A DNA stretch of 64,000 nt, from assembly GCF_009914755.1 (NCBI RefSeq), contig NC_060934.1. One strand, given 5' to 3'. Shown here piece by piece: positions 15,014-27,282 of this stretch. The DNA comes from the human T2T-CHM13v2.0 reference genome, Homo sapiens. The notes under the pieces were generated by a model. That model was not told the origin of the DNA. It saw only the letters and a program-made list of their open reading frames with translations, and made no database searches. Both the position numbers and the translations under genes were made by a program. Each line of letters starts with the position of its first letter. The stretch's first letter is position 1.

Positions 15014-16804
15014 GTTGTGGTTGAAATCGCCGCTCGTATTTATTGGAAAAGCAGAACAGTATGCACCTGTAGGGGTGTAGCTTCCATGGTTCTCCAAGCA
15101 CGGGCTGTACATTACCCTTAGGCTGACCATTCCCTTGCGGGGGTGCAAAACTGCTTTGAGGAAATGTCCCCAGGAGGAATAAACTAGAAGACGCACCTGC
15201 TATTTCACCATACTATGGAGAATACAGCTAATGAAGTGGTGGCAGAAGCTTGGCCGTGTGAGTGCCCCAGGGTAAAAGTCTCTCTTCTGTCCAGTCCAGA
15301 GCAGAGACTTCTCCCCCGTGGACAGCAGCCTGCCACCAAGACTCAAGCAATGTAAGAGTCATCTCCCCAGACTGGCTGTCAGAGCAAGAAGCACCCAGCC
15401 TTCCTAAAGGCAGAAGAGTGGAAATCTGACAGTGCCTGCCATTTCCGGTACAGAGGACAGCATCACCAGGCCCTGCAGTGTCTGGGGGGGTCTCTGGGGG
15501 GCAGATCCTGATGAGAGGCCAGGAGCCTTTACTGGTGGAAGAGCAGGGAAGGGCCCTTGTTGGGTTGAAAGGCCATGATCAGAAGATAACCCAGAAAAGG
15601 CCACCCAGTTGACTTCTTAATCACACAGCTGGGACCCACTCAAATGTGCCTGAGCAATAAGTCTAGTGAATACTCTCATTTTTACTTATAGTAGTGTCTT
15701 AAAAGTTTTATTTCCAGAAAGGTGAAGTGCTTTGGTGGTGTAAGGAACTGACGTAAGGACAAGTGCACTGACGTACACGTATTCCTATCGGAACAAACAA
15801 GGCTTGTTGTGGGGGAAAAGTGTTTGCATAAAGAAGAAGAGATTGGAATGGCTGGAATGAGCCCTTTGGGAGCCTGGCTGGGAGTGAGGTCAGGTCACGT
15901 GATCCCAGTAGGTAAGGAGGTGTCTTTGCAGAAGTTCACAGCGTCTTGGAGCACCTCACTTTGAGTTCAGAGACATTAGAAACAATTACTCAGCAAACAA
16001 GAAGTTAGACTATAGCAGTGGCTGAGAGATTGCTCAGTTTCTCTCAATTTAGGAAGCAGTCTGATGACCCATGGCAGGCCGATCAAGGCAGTTGCCCCCT
16101 GTGTTAACGCGACCCATAGGTATCATCTTCAACTCTTTGTAGCTGGTGTTGGAAATCAGGTATAATTTATCTTGTTTAATTACCTGCTGCCCTGCTCCTA
16201 ATTCCCTCCCCTGTGATGAGCTTATGAAGTCTTCACCTGCCTCAGCTGGAAGGAAAATGCTGGCTGGATAGGGAGGCCCTGCACGTGCTGATTTTCAGGC
16301 ATCTTGGATGCAAGGCCACCATCCCCTTCCAAAGATGTGGCCAGTGAGGTGCCAGCAGGTTCCAGCACCAGCGTCAGCTCACTCATCAGGACTAATGGTT
16401 GTCCTGGACTGGGGAGCTGGGAACCACCCTGATTTTTTTCTGAAATAAAGGCTAAGCACGTTGATGTCTTTTACACTAGAGATTCTAAAATGTTCTCTCC
16501 CCAGTCAGGGCTCTTTCTGGGCTGCTCTGCAGGCGAGCATTCAGCACTCAGGGATCCCACTGCCTCTGGACTGCCAGGCACTGCGTCTGGGGTCAGGCCA
16601 GGAAGGGGCAGCGCGTGGGGTCTGACATTGAGGCCAGCACCCAAGGGGAAAGCAAGCCTTGCATTTTATCCATTTAGACTCTACCAAATGCGTGATTAAA
16701 AACAAAAACTCTTACAACCCTTGAAATAGCTGCATGTACGAAACCTCACTCATTCTCAATTACCGCCAGGATTGGCCCTGCACACCTGGCAGCCCCCAGG
16801 CCCG
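15014..16804 (-). other. CCDC3: CCDC3 3' UTR (~1.8 kb)
   Basis: Stretch with no recognisable repeats between the stop codon and a canonical poly(A) signal. The end is inferred from a CA dinucleotide ~25 nt after AATAAA. Confidence 0.85.
15039..15044 (-). terminator. CCDC3 polyadenylation signal AATAAA
   Basis: Minus strand reads AATAAAtacgagcggcgatttcaaccacaaCA, followed by the GU/U-rich element gtgagatgatgagtgtttcttttggg. Confidence 0.85.
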
Positions 16805-17068
16805 TTACCCCCGCAGGTAGGGGGGGCGCACGGGCCCCCGGGCGTTGATGTGCGGCAGCGCGCCCGCCGCCAGCTTCTCACTGAGTTTCTGGTTCGCCAG
16901 CTCCAGGTGGCGGCCCTTCTTACGCGCCTGCCGCAAGGACCTCTTGACCTTCTTCACTCGCTCCCGGAGCTGCCGGTTGCGCTTCTCCAGGGTGGCCACT
17001 TTCTGCTGCAGTTTCTTGACGTGGTCCTCCTCCTCAAACAAGGCCTTCTGCACCGAGGAGCACATGAG
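16805..17068 (-). CDS. CCDC3: CCDC3 last coding exon (87 aa + stop; C-terminal coiled coil)
   Basis: Translates to LMCSSVQKALFEEEDHVKKLQQKVATLEKRNRQLRERVKKVKRSLRQARKKGRHLELANQKLSEKLAAGALPHINARGPVRPPYLRG*, which I recognise as the human CCDC3 C-terminus. It starts in phase 0 after a pyrimidine tract and AG (ctctgcctccAG, AG at 17070-17069), with TAA at 16807-16805. Upstream exons lie outside the window. Confidence 0.97.
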   Translation of the reverse strand, partial: LMCSSVQKALFEEEDHVKKLQQKVATLEKRNRQLRERVKKVKRSLRQARKKGRHLELANQKLSEKLAAGALPHINARGPVRPPYLRG

Positions 17069-17107
17069 CTGGAGGCAGAGACAGCGTGCAAGGAGAGGAG
17101 GTGAGTC
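17069..17107 (-). promoter_or_regulatory. 3' splice acceptor, polypyrimidine tract and candidate branch point of the last CCDC3 intron
   Basis: Minus strand gactcAcctcctctccttgcacgctgtctctgcctccAG; a CTCAC branch-like motif lies ~33 nt from the AG. Confidence 0.8.
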
Positions 17108-17599
17108 CCAGAAACTGCGCTGCGGCCAGGGGAGTCCCAGAAGCTTCCCCGAGTGCTGACAGCAACACAGACCCCGATTCCCCACCCCAGCATGGGCATA
17201 AACCCCAGGATGTCCTTGACGGTGACATTCCCCGCCCTCCACCCTGTGAATCCTGCCCTGGCCTCAAATACAGAGCCCCCGTTTTGCTTTCCATACTTGG
17301 CTTCCTTGGAAGATGTCGTTTTCAAATGATATTCTGAATATTTGTCATGCGTAGCAAAAAGGAAAGAGCCCCGCTTTGGTAGAAGACCAAAACCAGAAAT
17401 GCACACAGAAGGTGGACAGTTCCGGGAATGGGGGGAGTCAGGTGGCCTAATTAACAAAGGCTGAGCCACTTACATTCGCGAAGGCTCTGATCAATGCTGG
17501 CCTGTCCAACTGAAGGGAGGGGTTCCCTTCAGCAAAAACGGACTCTCTTTGCTCCCTTTAGCTGGGCTGGCCAGCACACAGAAGGTGGATAGTTCACAG

Positions 17600-18258
17600 G
17601 AAAGAAAACGCCAGTATCTCTTAAACGCATGAAAAGATGCTTAACCCCACTCATAATAACATAAAAAAAACAAATGAAAGCCATGGTGAATTACTATTTT
17701 TCACATATTAGATTGGCAAAATTTCAGAGTCAGGATTTGGGAAAACAGGTGCTATCATACTGTCAGTAGAGTGTTGACATCTATAAAGACCAATCTGGCT
17801 CTGTCAAAATAACTGCATATACCCTTTGATCTAGTAATTCTGGGACTATCTCAGATAAATACTCTCATATGTGCAAGCTGCCACATGTGCAAACATTATG
17901 GCATTATTATATTAAAAGATTGGGAACAAAAAATACCCATCAAGAGAGGTCTGGTTCCATAAATTATAGTAAATCTACACAATGCAAAGGTTTGCCGTTT
18001 TTAAAGGAACAAGACAGCTCCGTGTGAATGGTGGTGTAGCAATGTCTAAGTGGTGTTCATATTGAAAAGCTGTGCAGAACAGTGTGTATAGTGTGATACC
18101 AAGAGTGCGAAATACGGTACCCATCTGTGTCCGTTTAAATATGCATACACTATCTCTGGGAGCATATGCAAGAAACGGGTAAGGGTGGCCATATCCGGGG
18201 AGCAGAGAAGACAGGAAGAAGAAGATTCATTTTCACTTTTGTACTTTTTGAATTTTGT
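17600..18258 (+). mobile_element. Old L1 (L1ME-like) 3' region
   Basis: catgaaaagatgcttaaccccactcataa...attagattggcaaaattt...accctttgatctagtaattc. Confidence 0.7.
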
Positions 18259-18261
18259 ATT

Positions 18262-18618
18262 TCATAGGTTTGGCTGTGTCCCCACCCAAATCTCATCTTG
18301 AATTCTAGCTCTTATAATCTCCATGTGTCATGGGAGGGACCCAGTGGGAAGTAATGAAATCATGAAGGTGGGTTTTTCCTGTGCTGTTCTTCTAATAGTG
18401 AATAAGTCTCAAGAGATCGGATGGTTTTAGAAAGGGCAGTTCCCCTGAACACTCTATTGCCTGCCATCATGTCAGACATGACTTTGAGCCTATTCACCTC
18501 CACCATGATTGTGAGACCTCCCCAGGCATGTGGAATTGTGAGTCCATTAAACCTTTCCTTTATAAGTTACCCAGTCTCAGGTATGTCTTTATTAGCAGTG
18601 TGAGAACGGATTAATACA
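18262..18618 (+). mobile_element. THE1 (C/D-like) solo LTR
   Basis: ggtttggctgtgtccccacccaaatctcatcttgaatt...ttacccagtctcaggtatgtctttattagcagtgtgagaacggattaataca. Confidence 0.9.
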
Positions 18619-18785
18619 GTAATAAGGCTGGCATTTCCTTTATATGTGTGTGTGAGCATATATATAAAAAGAGGTATTCTCCAGTCTTTCTCCTTTCTCC
18701 CATTTTACCTCATCAGAAGCTACATTCCCAAAGAAAGACTTGAGCCTCAACTTTCCTCTGCTTAGAAATCTCCATCATTGAGCCG

Positions 18786-19153
<368 letters not shown>

Positions 19154-19244
19154 TCAGACCCTGAGGCCAGGCTGCTTTGGTTTCCAGTCCTGCCTCTTCC
19201 ACTGACGAGTGACCTGAGACCTTGGGCAAGCTTCCTAGGCTCAG

Positions 19245-20008
19245 AGTAGTGGACTCTGGTCTGTATTAGCCAGAACCCACTTCAGTACTAAAGGATTGAT
19301 TTCCCCAGCTTCTTGGAGTGCTGCAGACCGATAGCCGATAGCCCTAAGCTGAGTCTCTCTCCGGAAACTGACCCTGACCTAAGAGAACTGCCCAAGGTCA
19401 CGCCCCCTTCTTTGGAGCACCTGTATCCAAGGACTGGCTGACACCAGGGTATGAAGACCAAGGCCCCTCATCCCAACTTGGAAGATCTCTGAAGTGCAGT
19501 CCCCATTGCTGGGTGTCCTGGGGTAGGCTACAGCCTTTGTTGAGACTGGATCACAGGCTGATGTCTGCCTCCGCCTGTTCTTGTTCTTTTCTACCCAAGG
19601 TATTAATCCCAGGAGCATTCTTGAAAACACCACCTATACCTCTTACATTATTTTTTCTTTTCTTTTCTTTTTTTGAGATGGAGTCTTGCTGTGTCGCCAG
19701 GCTGGAGTGCAGTGGCGTGATCTTGGCTCACTGCAATCCTCCACCTCACGGGTTCAAGCGATTCTCCTGCCTCAGCCTCCTGAGTAGTAGCTGGGACTAC
19801 AGGCACGAGCCACCAAGCCCGGCTCATTTTTTGGTATTTTTTGTAGAGATGGGGTTTCACCATATTGGCCAGGATGGTCTCGATTTCCTGACCTCGTGAT
19901 CTGCCCGCCTCGGCCTCCCAAAGTGCTGGGAGTACAGGCGTAAGTCACTGCACCTGGCCCACCTGCACCTCTTATTCCAAAGTCTACGTCTCAGGGAACC
20001 TGGCCACT
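19245..20008 (+). mobile_element. LTR16A-like ERVL solo LTR interrupted by an Alu
   Basis: ttccccagcttcttggagtgctgc...cccaaggtcacgcccccttc...gcctttgttgagactggatcacag...cagggaacc. Confidence 0.8.
19648..19959 (-). mobile_element. AluSc-like
   Basis: Reverse dimer; TSD cacct(at/gc)acctctta at 19631-19645 and 19960-19974. Confidence 0.92.
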
Positions 20009-20677
20009 CTCAGTGGGATGATCATGGTTGTTGGGAGGATTTCATGAGTTTTACTTGAAAAATGTTTAGAACCATGCCCTCGTGCACAGTAAACGTTCAC
20101 TAACTGTTAGCCGTGATTATAGGATAGAGTCAAATCTCCTAAAGCCTTTAACTTTTGTGATTGGACCCGGCCAACATCTCCAGTCTTAGTGTTCTTCCTT
20201 CTGTTCCCACATTTTATACCCAAGGCACACTGGGTCCCACCCAGCTCTTCCTCCAACACATCAGCGCTTTCTCATCCCAGAGGCTCTTCCTCCCGCCTGG
20301 AGCACTGTTCTCCCCATCTCCGCCTGGCCATCTTGGAAGCCCTCTGTGGTCCCCTTTCATGATGCTTTCCACCGGGTCTCCCTGTGTATGTAATGTGTCC
20401 CCCTCCCCAGTCTCCATGGCACGCCGTAGCTATTCACACCACACGCCAAGTACCTGGTGGCACTAGGAGAATGTGACTCAAGGGCCTTGACATTCACAAG
20501 TCACAAGCTCCTGAAGGCCTGGTTCACAATGGTTTTTGCATCCTTGCTGCCCTGGCCTTTTTAGGCCTACAGTTAAGAAAAAGGAGCCAAGTGGAATGTT
20601 CCAATAATACCTGTCATTTAATGAGAAACTCTGGGCTCCCGGGGAAGCTGCTGTTACAGGGGAGACCATATGTGCAA

Positions 20678-20696
20678 CACTGCCCTCTTCTGGCCA
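20678..20696 (-). promoter_or_regulatory. Candidate CTCF binding motif
   Basis: Reverse complement TGGCCAGAAGAGGGCAGTG closely fits the CTCF core TGGCCACCAGGGGGCGCTA. Motif match only. Confidence 0.6.
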
Positions 20697-22571
20697 AAAT
20701 GAGACCCCCTCAAAAAGATGAGAAGGTGGGCATGAGAAATTCCCGGGAGAACTGACAGTATTTCTATTGTCTTGTGGATAGATATTAGCTATGGAACTTA
20801 GGCTTTAATATGGCCAAGTACCAGGCTGAGCACTGTATAATGACACTCCCTCATTAAGTCATGAGTTTTCTACAAGTTATGGTAGATTCTTCAACCAAGA
20901 ACAAGACAAAAAAGTCCAAAGTCCATGACAACAAGAGGATTGGGGTTTTGGAAGGCTGCTTGCTCAAATTTTCAAAGAACAGAACCCAATAGTGGCTGGA
21001 ACATAACATCAAAGAAGAGGTGAAGGCAGGCTTGATGGCGGTGTTCAGAAGCTGCGTTTAAAAATCGTGAAAAATAGAGGAGGATGCTGGGACTTGAGTG
21101 ATCACGTGTTAAGAGTTCTTTCTAAGACACAACACTCTTCACAGTTAGCCCTCGACCATGGACACAGCTGTTCTCCAGGGTAGCAAGAGGATGAATTTCA
21201 CCTCCAGCAAGACTTACGAGCCCAGACAAAAGGAAGACCTTGACCCAGGCTGTAAAAACCAAGATGGAACAGAGGGACGCCTTGAAGTGCATCTGTGTGT
21301 GTATCCGGAGTGGGAGGATCATTGAGATGGGAATGATAAATTCCCAAGCAAAGGTGAATGTGAAAAGAGTGGATGGGATGAGAGTTCCTTGGTGAACATG
21401 TCATTCTTTGGTCCTCGTGGCCTCTAATATGGGTAGGGTTTCAGTAGGAGCAAAAGACATCAAAGGACTCTAGTAACGTATCCAAGACAACCAACATAGC
21501 ACAGCCATGACCCAGGACTGCTTAGCAGGCAGGTCTGTATCTCTGCAGCAAAGTGGGCCATGCCTCTAAGTAGGGGGAGCCTGTGTCATGCGAATTGAGG
21601 CTAACGCCATAAAATAACCAAGCCACTGCTGATGGAGCCGATGGAGCCCTCTGGCATCCCAGCTATCACCTCAAAAGAAAATCCTGTGTTTAAGAAAGCA
21701 AGAATTTCTAGAGGAGAGCTGTGCTTTCCAAAATGTGTGTTTCTTTAAGAAATGCTTTCTTTGGAATGCTTTCCAAATGAAATCCATCTCCTTTTAAAAC
21801 TGCTTTAAAAAGAAAAAAAGGTCCAGATACGCTATTTGCTCATTTTGCTTTGTGGTATTTTTTGGTAAACTGAGAAGAGCAGGGAAAGGCCAGGCCAAGC
21901 TGAAACAGGTACTGCCATATTTTCTTTGAAGAAGAACCAAAGAGAATGTCCTACAGGGCAGCCCCAAAGCAACAGACTCCTCATAGGCAGGCCCCGCTCA
22001 GGCCTGCAGCACTCAGCGCCTCCCAGGTGCTTGGGTACCTCTGGCATTTGCCTGCCCAGAGCTTTTCTCTGGAAGTTTCCATGTGGCCAATAGGATGCCT
22101 GCCTAAGGGCAGATGGGAAGATTGCCCTGGGAGCCTGCTCTTTTATTTTCGAAAAGACAAAAGTTAGGCTGGGATATCCATACTTCCTTATCTGTCTAAA
22201 ATAACACTTTTTAAAACCATCAAAGCACACTGATTGTAGAAAAACATTTTTTAAAAATATGGGACCAACAAAAGGAAAATCAAAATCATCAATGATTCTA
22301 TGGTACAGAGATAATCACTGTGGACATTGTAACATTTCTTCCTAGTATTGTTTCTACGGGTATAAATAGATAACTATTTCAAAGAAAACTGGAGTCCTGC
22401 TGTTACTCAGTTTTCTGTTCTAATTTTTTCCCCTTTTCATTTTATCATGATTCTTTTCCAGTCATCGGTCTGTACACTTCCCGTGAGTATTTCATGGGAG
22501 CTGGAGGAGGGAGCATCTGGTGGTTCCACTTGGCCACGAGGACTAACTCACTAGGCAAGACTGGCTCACTA

Positions 22572-22891
<320 letters not shown>

Positions 22892-23592
22892 CTGGCTCAG
22901 GCTCACTAGTTATTAATCCTCCTCTATCCTTAGGACCACAGGCCAATGGGGAGGGATGGCAAGATGGGGTGCTCATGCATCCATGAGATTGAGTGGCCTT
23001 AATGTGGCCTTTTTGGGTCACCTGTCTCCAGTGACGGGACAAATCCGTGGAGAGCTCTTTACCCGGAGCCTCCACCTGAAGTCTTCCTATAAGTTTCCTG
23101 GTTTCTCCGGGAAGCTCAGGTGTGAGAAAGTTTCACCATCAACATCTTGAGCAGTTAAGGAAGTATATCCATGATACCATCTAGAATCACCTCTCATTTC
23201 CAAAGCGTTTTGGCTTCCATATGTTCATTCATTCTGGCAAGAAGCATTTATTGTGTGCCTGGCACTGTATGGTGCAGAAAGTCCCCCCCAGTTATTCTGG
23301 AATATAGCAAGTTTGTATCAAGCTAAACAAAAAGACAGTATGTTTTTTTAAAAAAATATCTCATGGCACCAGACATGCCAAAGAGTCACCGAGAGGATTC
23401 TTGCCTTTCACAGCTGCTTTTAATTTAAATAACCACCTATAAAGACAAGACAAAGTGTACTTTCTGAAACGTAAAAATATAAAGGAAGAACAGTCCAAAA
23501 GCAACAACACAGACAAATAGCTTGCTTTTTTAACACTTTGTTCCTGTTCTCGGGATTCAAAAATGAGAAGGAAGAAAAAAGAAAACCCAGAG

Positions 23593-23800
23593 CAGTGATC
23601 AGGAAACGATGGCCTATGGGCCACATCTGGCCCCCTGCCTGTTTTTGTGAATAAAGTTTTATTAGACCACAGCTATACTCATCAGTTTATGTTTTGTTTG
23701 TGGCAGCTGTTGTGCTGCAATGGCAGAGGTGAGTAGCTGCAACGGCTGCTTCCACAAAACCTAAAATCTGGCCCTTTACAAGGAAAAGATGCTGAATCTT
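23593..23800 (+). mobile_element. MER58A-like hAT MITE
   Basis: ggcctatgggccacatctggccccctgcctgtttttgtgaataaagttttattagaccacagc...atctggccctttaca. Confidence 0.8.
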
Positions 23801-25369
23801 AACCTCAAGAGGGGCTCAAGGCAAACGCAGGTGGGAATAGGATGGGTTTGGAGGGCAGCTGGTCTACAGGCAAAGAATGGATGAAGGGCAAAGGGTTTGA
23901 AAAAAACACCTGGTGCCAGAGACGCCCAAGAACCTCACTGTCCACATCTCACCCCTTTCCCACCACTTTCAGACATTGTTTTGTGATGATGGCTTTGGCT
24001 GCCAGGTCATGGTTCAAGGTCTCCACGATCCTTGTCAAAGGTCCTTTTGACTCCATCTCAATGTACTGCAGCCAATTTCAAACCTCCAGGTGGAAATTAA
24101 CAAACCAGCTCTTCCCAGCACGACTGTTTCTAAAATGCATCCCTTGACATTGGACAGATGAGCCTAGAGCAAGCCCCTGTGCCCTGCTTGGGAACATCAA
24201 CTGTCAGTGTGGATAAGGGTCTGCAGGGGATTGCTCTAGTCCCGCAGTTGGCCGGTTAATTCTGAAAAGTTTACATGGCGCTGTGTTTTCTGGCCCCGTA
24301 GAGGGCAGAGGCCAAGATTCCTTCATTATCCACATGATTCAGGGACTCTGGGGAGCTTGATGGGAAGCCCATGGGCCTTTACCCACGTCCTCCGTAGTGC
24401 CTTTTGGCGTTTTCCATAAACAGGTTGGAAATGCAGCTTTGTTCTCCCATTCTTTAAAAGCCTTTAGAGATAGAGATCTATGAGGAGGTGGGCAGAGAGC
24501 CACGTCCACGCAGAACGGTTTCCTGAATGACTCGACAGGACCACACTGGAGGATGCCCAGAGCTGCTGAAAAAACTCCCAAAGCTGGGAAGTGACAGCAG
24601 GGAAGTTCTTCTGAGGACTGTCTGGAGGGACAACCTGAGATGACTGCATGTGGCTTGGCAGCTCGTTCTCTGCTCCACCCAAAGTCAAAAGAGCTGCTTC
24701 CCTGGTGCCAGGAGCCCAAACAAAGGGAACGCTCATGCCCAGGCTGTGGCGGGAGGGGAGGCAAATGAAGAGGAAGGCGGAGATGGAGTCAGGGAAGAGG
24801 CTGGGGCAGGAGTTTCCTTTCCATGAGGCAGCAGCCGGCCTAGCTGGGCAGGGCCACAGCAGCCTCTCCTGCGTCCGCTTCCTGATGCTGCCGGGGGAGG
24901 AGGTAGCCGGGCAGTGTGGGTAGGAAGGGGTTTTGGACTCAGGTAACTCTGGGACTGAATTCTGGCTTAAACGATTCCACACTCCACGTACCCAGATACC
25001 TGTTAGAGTCCACAGGTCAGGGAGCCCACTCAGCCCCACCATCGGACAGTGGGGTCTTGCTTAAGTCAATGAACCTGTCTTGGCTCAGTCTCCTCATGTA
25101 TACAATGGGCCTAATAAAGCCTCTTCCCTAGAACTGCTCTGAAGATGAAATCAGATGATAAGGGTAAAGCATCTGATGTAGCACCTGGTGTAGGGTGAAG
25201 GACACACAAAGCTTTTGTGATTGTCGTTCGCCCGAGCTTGACCTTTGCTGCTGGAACTCCTCCTCCCTCAGCATCCTAGGTCCTCTTGAGTGTCTGTGAT
25301 TTTTTGCATCTAATTCCTTCCACTAAATCTCTGCTCACACCTTAACCAAACGATGACATTCTACTTCTT

Positions 25370-25612
25370 CTCCAAGTCTTGGTTCAAGAGTCACCTCCTC
25401 TGTGATGCCTTCCTGGTTCCTCCTGAAGTCTTCCTATAAGGAAGAGCCCTGTCATCTTTTCCTGGTTCCATTGTCAAGTTTATCGCATGGGGCTCTAACT
25501 GTTGGCTAGCCTGACTCTCTCCCAGACTGAGTCCCTTGAACACAAGGGCTCCATCTTTTCATTCTTGCATCCAGCACTTAGCATGCAGTAAGCACTTAAT
25601 AAATGGATGAAG
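25370..25612 (+). mobile_element. L2 3' end
   Basis: gtcacctcctctgtgatgccttcctg...ccagcacttagcatgcagtaagcacttaataaatggatgaa. Confidence 0.65.
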
Positions 25613-25752
25613 GGATGCAGGTTGAAATAGAAGCAAGTCATTTTCAATGACTCGAAAATGAAAAACCGGTGAAGAAGCTGGAGCTACCTTTTAATGCTGG
25701 AGCTGGATTCACCATCTTCCCTGTGAAGCCCCATTTCCCAGGAATAAAGTTA

Positions 25753-26055
<303 letters not shown>

Positions 26056-27000
26056 TTAGTTTTGACGATTTGTTCTGGTAAGATCTGGGAGCTGGATTTA
26101 AGGAGCCCTGAACTTGGTGCCTTTTCCTTACTTTCCTTTTCTCCCTGCCCCCACCTGCCCGCCCCCTGTTGACTAGCTTATTTTGTACATCCCCATACCA
26201 AATCCCTTAAGAATTGCAGGATGTGACGCAGATGAGGAAAAATCCATTCTAGAGGGGAGATGCTAGATGATGGAAAACCTGGGTAAGTGCAGGAGAAGGG
26301 ATCACATTTCAGAAGCTGGGGCCAGGGCCAGCCCTGCTGAGAGTTGGAGCGCAGTAGCAGCTGGATGTGGGAAGCAGGGGGACAAGATCTTAAATGGCCA
26401 GGGGTTAAGTCCTGCTGATGGCCCATGATTAAAATCAGGAAACATTGAGCTGTCTTGGGTGAATTGCCTGCCATCAGAGGAAAGGGGAGTTTATTAGCTA
26501 AGTTCTACTACAGAGATCATAAAGCCACGTCTTCAGATAAATCTACTACAAAGGTTTCCCAAAATGGAGTCTCCAGGACACTCGTCTCATTAGATGTTTA
26601 CGTGGGGACCAAAAGGGTGGTTCTGGTTAAAAAAGTTTCAGAAATGCTGCATATTATGGCTTCCTCTGTGATGTAACACTTAGTATCAGCTGTGCACATT
26701 GGTCCTGCATTAAACCTCTCTAACTTTGTTTTACCCCAGATCTCATCGGTCTCTGGTGGAGATCTCCAACATGCAGCAAGAATAGACTACAAGAGTGAGT
26801 GTCAAGGCTGCTCAGTTACGAGCGGTCTCCTGTGTTTCTCCCAGGGAGTTTTGCAAACATTTTATCTAGTCTGTGATACAAAGAAGCCTGGGAAACACTA
26901 GGTCATGGAATACTGATTTCAACTCTAAATCCTTTTTCTAGAACTACCAAGGGGTAGAAGGGTGCTGAAATCACAGATTCTTGGCTAAGAACTGTGATTT

Positions 27001-27282
27001 TTCTTTTTTTTTTTTTTTGAGACAGAGTTTCCCTCTGTTGCCTATGCTGGAGTGCAGAGGTGTGATCTCGGCTCCCAGGTTCAAGCAATTCTCCTGCCTC
27101 AGCCTCCCAAGTAGCTGGAACTACAAGTGCATGCCACCATGCCCGGCTACTTTTTGTATTTTTAGCAGAGACGCGGTTTCACTGTGTTGGCCAGGCTGGT
27201 TTCAAACTCCTGACCTCGTGGTCCATCCGCCTTGGCCTCCCAAAGTGCTTGGGTTTACAGGTGTGGACCACGGCGCCTGGCC
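27001..27282 (-). mobile_element. AluS with a small internal deletion
   Basis: Perfect TSD agaactgtgattt (26988-27000, 27283-27295); gatctcggctc|ccaggttc lacks ~17 nt of consensus. Confidence 0.92.

Noticed and set aside
17069-17242. N-terminal 58 aa of the 145-aa ORF 16805..17242 as a single-exon gene
   Set aside because: This is intronic read-through of the open frame; the CCDC3 match begins exactly at the AG acceptor.
16772-17469. Overlapping alternative-frame and antisense ORFs (16772..17104, 16845..17159, 16954..17469)
   Set aside because: Expected shadows of a GC-rich coding exon with few stop codons; no recognisable protein.
24339-25042. 141-aa and 192-aa minus-strand ORFs in unique GC-rich intron sequence as hidden exons
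   Set aside because: No recognisable domain, several overlapping frames open at once, and no convincing paired splice sites identified.
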